Source: a virus (taxonomy: Duplodnaviria; Caudoviricetes). From it: a stretch of 64,000 nt of DNA. A program made the position numbers and the translations under genes. How positions within the stretch are numbered: position 1 is the stretch's first letter; every line of letters begins with the position of its first letter. Shown here in pieces: positions 1-8,842 of this stretch. The notes under the pieces were generated by a model. That model saw only the letters and a list, made by a program, of their open reading frames with translations, was not told the origin of the DNA and made no database searches. Location of the stretch: IMG/VR virus record IMGVR_UViG_2775506767_000005, positions 10,694-74,693 of that record. One strand, given 5' to 3'.

Positions 1-1
1 C

Positions 2-142
2 GTCACAACGACAGACCAAGTCTTCGACGGTGGCGATTTCACTGCCGGCACCTCTGAGGCCACAGATGACCAAATCATCGAAGGCACAGATGTATCCAGC
101 CCCTACTTCGGGACAACTACTGGCCCTGAAAACTACGGCTAA
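2..142 (+). CDS. 3' end of a virion/fibre-like gene (partial)
   Basis: Open frame VTTTDQVFDGGDFTAG...PENYG* ends at TAA 140-142, directly before the late-promoter motif. Confidence 0.5.
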   Translation, partial: VTTTDQVFDGGDFTAGTSEATDDQIIEGTDVSSPYFGTTTGPENYG

Positions 143-177
143 CGGAACCCTTACACGACGAGCAAGTCTCGAAAATT

Positions 178-462
178 ATGCCAACCCCAACACCACGTAA
201 TCCGATCAGGCCGGCCCGCGGAAATTACGCGGACTTGCTGGCGAACATTCTCAGCCTTTATGAGGGCGAGCTTTGCTACGCGGTCGACCAGGACATCCTT
301 TACGCAGTGGAGCAAGGCGCTTTACAGCCAGTCAATGAATTAGCAGTCCCAGGCTCTGACCCCTTGCTGACCAATATTCAAAACGCACAGCCAGGCGATT
401 CCCTTAACTACAACGGCAGTCAGTGGGTCAGCGGGGGGCCTCAAGACGGCGGAAACTTTTAG
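178..462 (+). CDS. Short fibre-associated protein with Mtd_N/hyaluronidase-N-like start
   Basis: RG...L.EGELCY..D motif; C-terminal DGGNF; late promoter at 144. Confidence 0.65.
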   Translation: MPTPTPRNPIRPARGNYADLLANILSLYEGELCYAVDQDILYAVEQGALQPVNELAVPGSDPLLTNIQNAQPGDSLNYNGSQWVSGGPQDGGNF

Positions 463-516
463 GAAGGCTTTGAGCTGGAAGCCTGAAGGGACCTGATCGA
501 TCGGTCTCTTTTTTTT

Positions 517-2004
517 ATGGCTAACCAAATCCGAATAAAGCGCAGGGCGAGCTCGGGCTCGGCAGGCGCCCCTGCATCACTCCTAAACGCAGAACTCGCT
601 TACAACGAAGCTGACAACGTTCTGTATTACGGCTATGGCGACAACGGCTCAGGCGTTGCCACCTCCGTGGTCTCCGTTGCTGGCAACGGCAACAGCGTTT
701 CACTGGGTACGACCCAGACGATCACTGGAGACAAAACGTTCTCGGGCCTCCTAGACGCCACGGGCACCTTCAAAATCGACGGAGTAGAGGTCACCGCTTC
801 TGCTGCTGAAATCAACTATCTGGTCGGCGTAACGTCAGGCGTCCAGGCCCAGATTGACGGCAACGAAACTCATATAGACAACTTGGCCACCCTTTCTGGC
901 GTTGCCAAAGACGGGGTCGACCTTGGCGCGTTTACTGGATCGACAATTGCTGATGACCTAACTATCAAGTCAGCCTTCCAGGCCCTGGAGACAGCCCTCG
1001 AGGACGGCTCAGGCCAGGTAACCGCTGATAGCGGAACTGCTGAGTACGTCAGCGGCAACCTCAACATCAACGGCGGCACAGGCCTCAGCACGACCGGCGA
1101 CAACTCGCAGACATTGTCGATCGCTCTCGACAACACAGCCGTCACCGCTGCTGCCTATGGCACAGCCGATGCCGTCCCCTCCTACACAGTGGACGCACAG
1201 GGACGCTTAACCGCTGCCGCCGATGTCTCCATCGACATCGTCCACACACAGGTCTCCGACTTCGATGCAGGCGTACAGACCAACACCCTCGACAGCCTGG
1301 CTCAGCCTGTTGCTGCGGTTGTACTGAACGGACAGAAGATCACCGGCCTTGCCGACCCTGTGAACGCGCAGGACGCCGCAACGAAGGCCTACTGCGACGC
1401 CACTGCGAACGGCTTAGACGTCAAGGACTCCGTTCGTGCCGCTACGACCGCCAACGTCACTCTGAGCGGTACTCAGACCGTTGATGGCGTATCTCTGGCG
1501 TCTGGTGACCGCGTGCTGGTTAAAGACAACACAGACGCAAGCGAGAACGGTATCTATGACGTCGTTGACGGTGGCGCGTGGGTTCGTTCTGCGGACGCCG
1601 ACAACAACCCCGGATCTGAGGTCACCTCAGGGATGTTCACCTTCGTTGAAGAAGGCACCAACTACGCCGACGCTGGCTTTGTCCTGCAGACGACCGGCGC
1701 AATCGTCCTCGACACCACCGACCTGGCTTTTGTTCAGTTCTCCGGCGCTGGTCAGATCACCGCTGGGAACGGCCTCGCCAAGAGTGGCAACACACTCGAT
1801 GTGGGCACTGCTGACGCAACTCGCATCGTCGTCAACGCTAATGACGTCGACCTGGCCACTCATGGCACCGCCGGCACCTACAACGGCCTGACCGTTGACG
1901 CCTACGGACGTGCGAGCAGCTTTGTTCAGCCAACGACCATCGCTGCTTACGGGATCACCGACGGCCTGACGACAAGCTCCATCGTCGACGGCGGCACGTT
2001 CTGA
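517..2004 (+). CDS. Tail/head fibre protein
   Basis: N-terminal IRIKR...ELAYNE attachment motif, ADPVNAQDAATKAY fibre repeat, VRAATTANVTLSG..DGDRVLVK module, C-terminal DGGTF. Confidence 0.8.
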   Translation: MANQIRIKRRASSGSAGAPASLLNAELAYNEADNVLYYGYGDNGSGVATSVVSVAGNGNSVSLGTTQTITGDKTFSGLLDATGTFKIDGVEVTASAAEINYLVGVTSGVQAQIDGNETHIDNLATLSGVAKDGVDLGAFTGSTIADDLTIKSAFQALETALEDGSGQVTADSGTAEYVSGNLNINGGTGLSTTGDNSQTLSIALDNTAVTAAAYGTADAVPSYTVDAQGRLTAAADVSIDIVHTQVSDFDAGVQTNTLDSLAQPVAAVVLNGQKITGLADPVNAQDAATKAYCDATANGLDVKDSVRAATTANVTLSGTQTVDGVSLASGDRVLVKDNTDASENGIYDVVDGGAWVRSADADNNPGSEVTSGMFTFVEEGTNYADAGFVLQTTGAIVLDTTDLAFVQFSGAGQITAGNGLAKSGNTLDVGTADATRIVVNANDVDLATHGTAGTYNGLTVDAYGRASSFVQPTTIAAYGITDGLTTSSIVDGGTF

Positions 2005-2130
2005 TAGATCCGTGAACCGAGGAACCCTAGTGCTCGGGATGGATCGGCCCTCGCCACTGCGGGGGCTTTTTCTTTGCAACGGGAATCCTAGTTCGAACAG
2101 GCCTAGATAGGCCGCAACACTGACGCCAAA

Positions 2131-2445
2131 ATGGCCAACACTGTCAAGCTAAAGCGCTCTGCAGTAGCGGGAAAAGTCCCGTCGACAGGGGATCTTGCCC
2201 TGGGCGAATTAGCTCTCAATACGTTTGACGGCAAGGCATACATCAAAAAATCAGCCAACGGTACGGATGAGGTCATTGAGATCGGCTCAGCCAGTACGCC
2301 GATGGTGCTCACTACCAAGCGCGTGATCGACGAGAACGTGGTTGTGGCTAGCGGTGAAAATATTCTCAGCATCAACGACGTCACTGTCGCAAATGGATTC
2401 TCGGTTGAGGTCCCGACAGGTAGTACGTGGATCGTTGTGGGGTAG
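2131..2445 (+). CDS. Short fibre-associated protein (Mtd_N-like)
   Basis: MANTVKLKRSAVAGKVP..L.LGELALNT.DGK motif. Confidence 0.7.
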   Translation: MANTVKLKRSAVAGKVPSTGDLALGELALNTFDGKAYIKKSANGTDEVIEIGSASTPMVLTTKRVIDENVVVASGENILSINDVTVANGFSVEVPTGSTWIVVG

Positions 2446-2613
2446 TCCGGGTTCTGAAAGGAACAGGTAGACTAAAAACGTCCTTTACACAGTTCTTGTC
2501 TCCAAAACGGACGGTTTAAGTAACCCCTAGGGCGGCCTGAGAACCCGCTCTTTTTTTATCGTCTTTCGGAAGCCTTGGGCGACCGGGCAGATGCCCACCG
2601 CGAAAATCGCCTT

Positions 2614-5538
2614 ATGGCATTCGGGAAGATTTACGTCGACGAGGTTATCGACTCAAATGGAGACACTCTCGACATTTCAGAACTCACCTCCAACGAGGCG
2701 ACTAATGCAGCTAAGGGCTACTTATCAGCAGCAGACAAGGCCAAGCTTGATGGTGTTGCTGCAGGTGCAGAGGTCAACGCAGTCACAAGCGTTAACGGCT
2801 CGACGGGTGCCGTCACTGTTCAGGGCTTCTCAGGCGATTATGCAGACTTAACTAATAAGCCAACAATTCCAACAATTGACCCAAATACTGTTATCGACAG
2901 CGGCTATGTAGCAACTGACGAGAACTTCACAACGTCAGACCACAGCAAGCTGGATGGCATTGAGACTGCAGCAACAGCAGACCAAACCAAAGCAGATATT
3001 GATGCACTAAATATTGACGCCGATACCCTTGATGGACAGCATGGTTCTTATTATACTGGTTATACAGACACGGCAGTTGCGGGTCTCGTATATTCTTCCC
3101 CAGCCACTTTAGATACATTAAATGAATTAGCAGCAGCTTTAGGGGATGACCCTAATTTTGCCACTACAACTGCCAACAGTATTGGCACTAAGTTGTCAAA
3201 ATCTGGCGGTCAGATGACGGGGAATATAACGTTCTCTGGGTCACAAACTGTTGATGGTAGAGATTTATCTGCTGATGGGGCCAAGCTGGATGGCGTTGCC
3301 GCAGGTGCCCAGGTCAACGCGGTCACATCGGTGAACGGCGCAACTGGCGCTGTCACGGTCCAGGGCTTCTCTGGCGCGTACGCCGACCTAACAGGCAAGC
3401 CAACGTTAGGCACTGCAGCAGCTACAGCATCCAGTGCCTACGCCACATCGACCCAGGGTGCTACGGCCGACAGTGCTCTACAGCCAGGGGACGCCAACCC
3501 TGTGATGGTTTCTGCTGTTGGAGATCTCCCCAGCGCATCATCGAATCATGGAGCAGTGATTCATGTCCACAATGAGGGCGCGATGTACTTCGCTCACTCA
3601 GGCTCATGGCACAAGCTGCAGAACGAGTCCTCGGCTTTCTCTGGGTCATACAGCAACCTGAGCAATAAGCCGACGATCATTGCGAACACCTTCAGCACGT
3701 CAGCACCCTCATCACCTAGTACCGGTGATCTTTGGGTAGACACAACAGACACCCCTCCGGTCCTGAAGTCGTACAACGGCACAGCATGGGTTGCTGTTGG
3801 ATCTGCAGGTTCCTCAACGAGCGCACCTGTGATCAATGGCGTGACGTTGTCAGAAGTTGACAGCTCAGGTGATCGCTTCACTAGCGAGTCCTTCACTGTC
3901 GCGGTCAATATGCTCGACGATGGCTCTCCTATCAGTCAGAAGGGCGTCAAGGGCAAGGTCACCGCAACATTCGAGCAGTTCCCAGTAAGTAACGCTATTA
4001 CGGCTGGGACGGTATCTACTTCCCAGACTAGTGAGGGCAATACGACTAAAGATAGTTCAACCAACCTGACACACAACGAGAGTACGGGGGCAGTCTGTTT
4101 CAACGTCGTAGACACAAGCACTAATTCGGTTAGGTGCTTTATGTGGTATCCCGAGGGCAGCGGTAGTAGCTACGACGATATGTTAGAGAACAGCGGGAAA
4201 GATCTGTTAGCTTATACCAGCGTCGATAATGACTTTTACGGCACCGGTGAATACAAGCAGGGATTAGCCGGTGTGCAAAATAGATTGGGCACCTGGGTAA
4301 ATATTATGGGCAGGCACAACAATGTACAAGCGGCCTTCGAGGTGTCCGGGCTTCTGTCGGGCAACCCTGTAAGGTCAAACAAGAACGAAGTGTCGACAGA
4401 TGCCTATATATATGTTTCTAATGGAAGATCGTTTACTCGATATGATTTAAACCGACAAAATGGTATTAGTTTGTTTTTGGGAGGCGTTCCCTATAGCGGT
4501 GGTGGCGGCCCATACTTCATGGAAACCTTGAGCGATAGGATATTCATTGTCTCACAAAGTAGCACCAGCGGTTCTCTTTGGACTAAAGAGCTAACAGACG
4601 CTGCCAGTGCCAACTTGTCCAACGGCAACTACATTTACCAAGATAATAATCAATCGGGCTTCAACCGGTACGACATAACGGGCTGCATTTTTCACAAAGG
4701 AAAAGTATTAATAAGTAAGGGCATTAACGGGGGCGGTATTTACGCATTTACCCCAGGCACCTCAAGTCCTACGATTTCAGGCATACCAGCGGCACCTTCT
4801 GGTTATCAAAATACTTACGGTGCGATCTGGGAAGATCCCCTTGGCAATTTAATACTTAGGACAACACACTTTAGCACCGATTGGTCGACTCAAGCTGCTT
4901 TCTACTATTCGAGTAACAACAACGGCGCGACATGGGTTGCTAATCACTACCCATACGATTCAAACTTTAATTATGAGTATTGGACCCCAGACCTCTACCT
5001 ATACGGACGGCGTCAAAAGTCCAAAAGAATAAAAGGCAGCGGCTTATCTGCCACTGTGACAAAGCAGGTCTACACAATACGCTCTCAGACGCTCACCGTC
5101 ACAAATGGAGCAGATCTGAGTTCCCTGAACGTTGGAGACATCGTTAGACCGCCCGGCGAGACGGATCCACTTAAGTACTCAAAGATTGATTCAATCTCTT
5201 CGAATGGCAATGGGACGACAAACGTTGTAGTCAATGGCTTCAATGATTTCGCTGTAGGCGATGTAATTGAGTCCACCGCATCCACCGGATCTGCTACCTC
5301 GACGAGGTTCCTCGTGATCAATGCTCAGGGCGCCATTACGACCCATCAAGTCAGCGACCCTGGCTTTGTAACTCAAGGCCCTGGAGCGTCACACACGATC
5401 ACGTTCCCTGCGACGTTCCCTACAGGTAACTCTCCAGATGATGAGCTACCTAGTGGAACAACAATCCAGGTCGACGTCCAGGCCGTCAACTCTGAGGCCT
5501 CTGACACCTACGCATCCAACACCCTCACCCCTTCCTAA
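2614..5538 (+). CDS. Long tail fibre / receptor-binding protein A
   Basis: DKAKLDG and PATLDTLNELAAALGDDPNFATT fibre motifs; paralogous to 5621-8491; ATG 2614 chosen from the promoter position. Confidence 0.8.
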   Translation: MAFGKIYVDEVIDSNGDTLDISELTSNEATNAAKGYLSAADKAKLDGVAAGAEVNAVTSVNGSTGAVTVQGFSGDYADLTNKPTIPTIDPNTVIDSGYVATDENFTTSDHSKLDGIETAATADQTKADIDALNIDADTLDGQHGSYYTGYTDTAVAGLVYSSPATLDTLNELAAALGDDPNFATTTANSIGTKLSKSGGQMTGNITFSGSQTVDGRDLSADGAKLDGVAAGAQVNAVTSVNGATGAVTVQGFSGAYADLTGKPTLGTAAATASSAYATSTQGATADSALQPGDANPVMVSAVGDLPSASSNHGAVIHVHNEGAMYFAHSGSWHKLQNESSAFSGSYSNLSNKPTIIANTFSTSAPSSPSTGDLWVDTTDTPPVLKSYNGTAWVAVGSAGSSTSAPVINGVTLSEVDSSGDRFTSESFTVAVNMLDDGSPISQKGVKGKVTATFEQFPVSNAITAGTVSTSQTSEGNTTKDSSTNLTHNESTGAVCFNVVDTSTNSVRCFMWYPEGSGSSYDDMLENSGKDLLAYTSVDNDFYGTGEYKQGLAGVQNRLGTWVNIMGRHNNVQAAFEVSGLLSGNPVRSNKNEVSTDAYIYVSNGRSFTRYDLNRQNGISLFLGGVPYSGGGGPYFMETLSDRIFIVSQSSTSGSLWTKELTDAASANLSNGNYIYQDNNQSGFNRYDITGCIFHKGKVLISKGINGGGIYAFTPGTSSPTISGIPAAPSGYQNTYGAIWEDPLGNLILRTTHFSTDWSTQAAFYYSSNNNGATWVANHYPYDSNFNYEYWTPDLYLYGRRQKSKRIKGSGLSATVTKQVYTIRSQTLTVTNGADLSSLNVGDIVRPPGETDPLKYSKIDSISSNGNGTTNVVVNGFNDFAVGDVIESTASTGSATSTRFLVINAQGAITTHQVSDPGFVTQGPGASHTITFPATFPTGNSPDDELPSGTTIQVDVQAVNSEASDTYASNTLTPS

Positions 5539-5620
5539 GACATCAGGGGCTTCGGCCCCTTTTTTATTGCTTATTCGGAAGCCTTTTGCGACCGGGCAGA
5601 TGCCCACAGCTCACCCGCAA

Positions 5621-8491
5621 ATGTCGGATTCCTACGGAAAAATAAAAGTCGACGAGATCGAAAATTCAGACGGAACTCTGCTCGATCTAACGACAGCAGT
5701 GACGACAGAAGCGACGACCTCAACGAAGGGCTACTTATCCGCAGCAGACAAGGCCAAGCTCGACGGTATCGAGGCCGGCGCTGAAGTCAATGGGGTGACT
5801 TCTGTCAACGGCTCGACCGGGGCCGTGACCATTCAGGGCTTCTCTACAGCAAACAATGCCAAGCTCGACGGGATCGAAACAGGGGCTACGGCAGATCAAA
5901 CTAAAGCAGATATTGATGCGCTGAACGTTGACGCAGATACCCTTGACGGTCAACACGGCTCTTATTACACAGGCTATGCGGATACAGCAGTTGCAAGCCT
6001 TGTAGATTCGTCTCCTAGCACTCTTGATACGCTTAATGAGCTTGCCGCGGCACTTGGTGATGACCCTAACTTTGCGACTACGGTAACCAATAGTATTGGC
6101 ACTAAGTTACCACTTGCTGGTGGTCAGATGACGGGAAACATAGCGTTTTCCGGGTCACAAACTGTTGATGGTAGAGATTTATCTGCTGATGGTTCTAAAC
6201 TTGATGGAATCTCTGCAGGTGCAGAGGTCAACGCAGTCACAAGCGTTAATGGTGCGACGGGTGCCGTCACTGTTCAAGGATTTTCAGGCGATTACGACGA
6301 CTTGACTAATAAGCCAGACGGCTCAGGTTCAGGATTAGATGCTGACAAGGTTGATGGTCTTGAAGCAACTAGTTTCTTAAGATCTGATGCTAATGCTACT
6401 TATAACGGTGGTATGCTGACCATCAGGTCAAATAGTAACGTCGGAAATTACTGGGCAACAGGTATAGAATATGACAGTGGATGGAAGCATACAAACGCAA
6501 ATAGTTGGGGATTTGCTTTTAGGAATAATGGAACCAATGGTTTGCAAATTAAAGTCGCTTCTGAAGCAGGAACAAACCAAAGTGCTGCAACTTACAGGGT
6601 GCTGGATATTGGTGGCGCTACTCAGAGATTAAAATATGACAACTATGATGTTTGGCACGCAGGAAATTCGACCCCCATTGAGAATGCTTTTGGGTCTTCA
6701 GCGCCCTCATCACCTAGTACCGGCGACTTCTGGGTAGACACCACAGACGACCCCCCGGAGCTCAAGTCATACGATGGTACGGCCTGGGTCCCCATGGGCT
6801 CCTCAGCTCCAACCGTTAGCGCTCCAATCATCAACGGCGTCACGCTGGCAGAAGACAACACGTCCGGCGCTCGCTTCACGAGCAAAGGATTTACGGCAAC
6901 GATCAACATGCTCAACGACGGCGCCCCTATTAGCCAAAAAGCTGTAAAGGGCAAGGTCACCGCAGCATTTGAAACGTTCCCAGCTATGCCCGCTGCGTCC
7001 TCCAACAGCAGCTCGAGTTATGCGAACGGATCTTCTCTTACCGTTCTCAACCGCTGGCAGGTCGACGCCGACGGTGTTCGGATACCAGTCAACGAGCCAG
7101 GTCGCAGAGGCTTTCTGACCCTTTACAGATACGCAGCCAATAATTCGACGGCGCAATCTTTCTACTTCTCCGACGACATGGATATGGAATGGTATAACAG
7201 TGGCACCCTGCTTCTCAGTGATTTCGGAAACCAAACCACGAAGCCGACATACACAAACATCGTACATCCGACTAACAATAACGCGATAACCCTATACAAC
7301 GCCTACACTAAGGACAGGGCTTATGTGATGTACTGGGACGCGAATGGTGCCTTCCAGGTTGCCAATCAATTAGGCGGCCAGGTACTCACTGATCCAGACA
7401 ATCCGAACAGCGAATATTTTCAATGGAGCAGCCAGACTAATGGGAGCATGAAAAGAATGGACAAGTATCCCAGCCCAACTACGACCACCACTTCTAACGG
7501 CGCCAAAAACTCACTCGGTTTGTATAACGTTGATGATACGTTTGCTGTAGGGAATGGCATCATTGTTGCCGCAGGACGCAGCTCGGGTGGTAACAATTAT
7601 CGACCCACTATCTTCACCCGCCCCGTCAACTTCGGCCAAAACTCCGGCCCTACTAGCTACTTTTTCGGGGCATCGTCAAACAGGAACATTAACTTCATTA
7701 AGTACGTGAAGGGCTACTTCTGGCTTGTCGATAATTCAGAATTGTTCCGGTCATCCACGGGAGCACAGAGCAGTTGGACGTCTATTAATACTAGCTATAA
7801 CGGAAATGGTCAAAAGCTTAAGGACATAACAGTCGACCAGAACGGGCACCTGGTCGGCGTGTTCGTCCAAAACAGCAACGGCTCCTCCCGGATGATGAAA
7901 TCCAATAACTTTGGAGCTACCTGGGTCTTGTACGGCAGCCTGTCGAACCCTCCTACGAGCGAATATCAGTCCGTTTTCGTTGCAAACAACAGGATTTACG
8001 CCTCGGTTCACACCCATTCTGCGACGATAAACTGGGCCAAGGTAAACACTCAGACAGTCACAGTCTCATCGACTGGCGGTGATTACAACGAATTCAACGT
8101 GGGTGACCTTGTCAAGCCTCAAGGCTCAACCGACTCAGGCGACGTCGGCAAGATCGAGTCAATCTCCGGCACAAGTATTGGCCTCGACTCCCAGTATCTC
8201 TACCAAGTGGGAGATGTAATTGAGGCGACCAACTCAACAGGAACCGCCACCGCGACCCGGTATCTCGTGATTAGCGGGACCGGTGCTATCTCGACCCATC
8301 AGGCGAGCGACCCTGGATACGTGACTCTCAACGCTGGCACCTCCCAGACGATCACCTTCCCCGCAACATTCCCGACAGGCGAAACACCTGACGATGAACT
8401 GCCCAGCGGAACGACCATCCAGGTCGACATCCAGGCGACCAACTCCCAGGCCTCCGACACCTATCCATCCAACACCCTCACCCCTTCCTGA
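5621..8491 (+). CDS. Long tail fibre / receptor-binding protein B
   Basis: Same N- and C-terminal blocks as fibre A with a different central domain; real start ATG 5621, downstream of a terminator and promoter. Confidence 0.8.
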   Translation: MSDSYGKIKVDEIENSDGTLLDLTTAVTTEATTSTKGYLSAADKAKLDGIEAGAEVNGVTSVNGSTGAVTIQGFSTANNAKLDGIETGATADQTKADIDALNVDADTLDGQHGSYYTGYADTAVASLVDSSPSTLDTLNELAAALGDDPNFATTVTNSIGTKLPLAGGQMTGNIAFSGSQTVDGRDLSADGSKLDGISAGAEVNAVTSVNGATGAVTVQGFSGDYDDLTNKPDGSGSGLDADKVDGLEATSFLRSDANATYNGGMLTIRSNSNVGNYWATGIEYDSGWKHTNANSWGFAFRNNGTNGLQIKVASEAGTNQSAATYRVLDIGGATQRLKYDNYDVWHAGNSTPIENAFGSSAPSSPSTGDFWVDTTDDPPELKSYDGTAWVPMGSSAPTVSAPIINGVTLAEDNTSGARFTSKGFTATINMLNDGAPISQKAVKGKVTAAFETFPAMPAASSNSSSSYANGSSLTVLNRWQVDADGVRIPVNEPGRRGFLTLYRYAANNSTAQSFYFSDDMDMEWYNSGTLLLSDFGNQTTKPTYTNIVHPTNNNAITLYNAYTKDRAYVMYWDANGAFQVANQLGGQVLTDPDNPNSEYFQWSSQTNGSMKRMDKYPSPTTTTTSNGAKNSLGLYNVDDTFAVGNGIIVAAGRSSGGNNYRPTIFTRPVNFGQNSGPTSYFFGASSNRNINFIKYVKGYFWLVDNSELFRSSTGAQSSWTSINTSYNGNGQKLKDITVDQNGHLVGVFVQNSNGSSRMMKSNNFGATWVLYGSLSNPPTSEYQSVFVANNRIYASVHTHSATINWAKVNTQTVTVSSTGGDYNEFNVGDLVKPQGSTDSGDVGKIESISGTSIGLDSQYLYQVGDVIEATNSTGTATATRYLVISGTGAISTHQASDPGYVTLNAGTSQTITFPATFPTGETPDDELPSGTTIQVDIQATNSQASDTYPSNTLTPS

Positions 8492-8493
8492 TC

Positions 8494-8775
8494 ATGAACG
8501 AACAACAGCAAAAAGCAGCGCAGGCTCTATTCGAGACCTACGACCAAAGAGTTCAAGACACGTCCTTAACTGTCGAGGCCGCATGGTCTAACAAGTTGGC
8601 AGGCGAGGCCGTGATCAAGAGACAAGGCCTTCTCCAGGCCTCTGACTGGACACAACTACCAGACGTTCCGGTAGACAAGCCAGCGTGGGCCACCTACAGG
8701 CAGGCGCTAAGGGACATAACGGAACAACAGGACTATCCGTTGCTGATCGACTGGCCAGAGGCTCCCTCCGCCTAG
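8494..8775 (+). CDS. Tail fibre assembly chaperone
   Basis: LL.ASDWTQLPD.P....W.TYRQALRDI..Q..P..I.WP motif; directly after the fibre gene. Confidence 0.85.
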   Translation: MNEQQQKAAQALFETYDQRVQDTSLTVEAAWSNKLAGEAVIKRQGLLQASDWTQLPDVPVDKPAWATYRQALRDITEQQDYPLLIDWPEAPSA

Positions 8776-8842
8776 TAATACCGGCCCCTTCGGGGGCTTT
8801 TTTGTTGCCCCTTCGGAACCCTGACGCAGCAGCGGTTCCCGA

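Noticed and set aside
2005-2075. GGAACCCT at 2021 as a promoter for a tiny RNA
   Set aside because: It lies in the loop of a long hairpin (GATCC..CCGAG/CTCGG..GGATC) just after a stop codon and before a terminator; more likely a 3' mRNA structure
2614-8491. Diversity-generating retroelement or shufflon acting on the twin fibres
   Set aside because: No reverse transcriptase or invertase in the window; repeats are direct and differences are not adenine-specific
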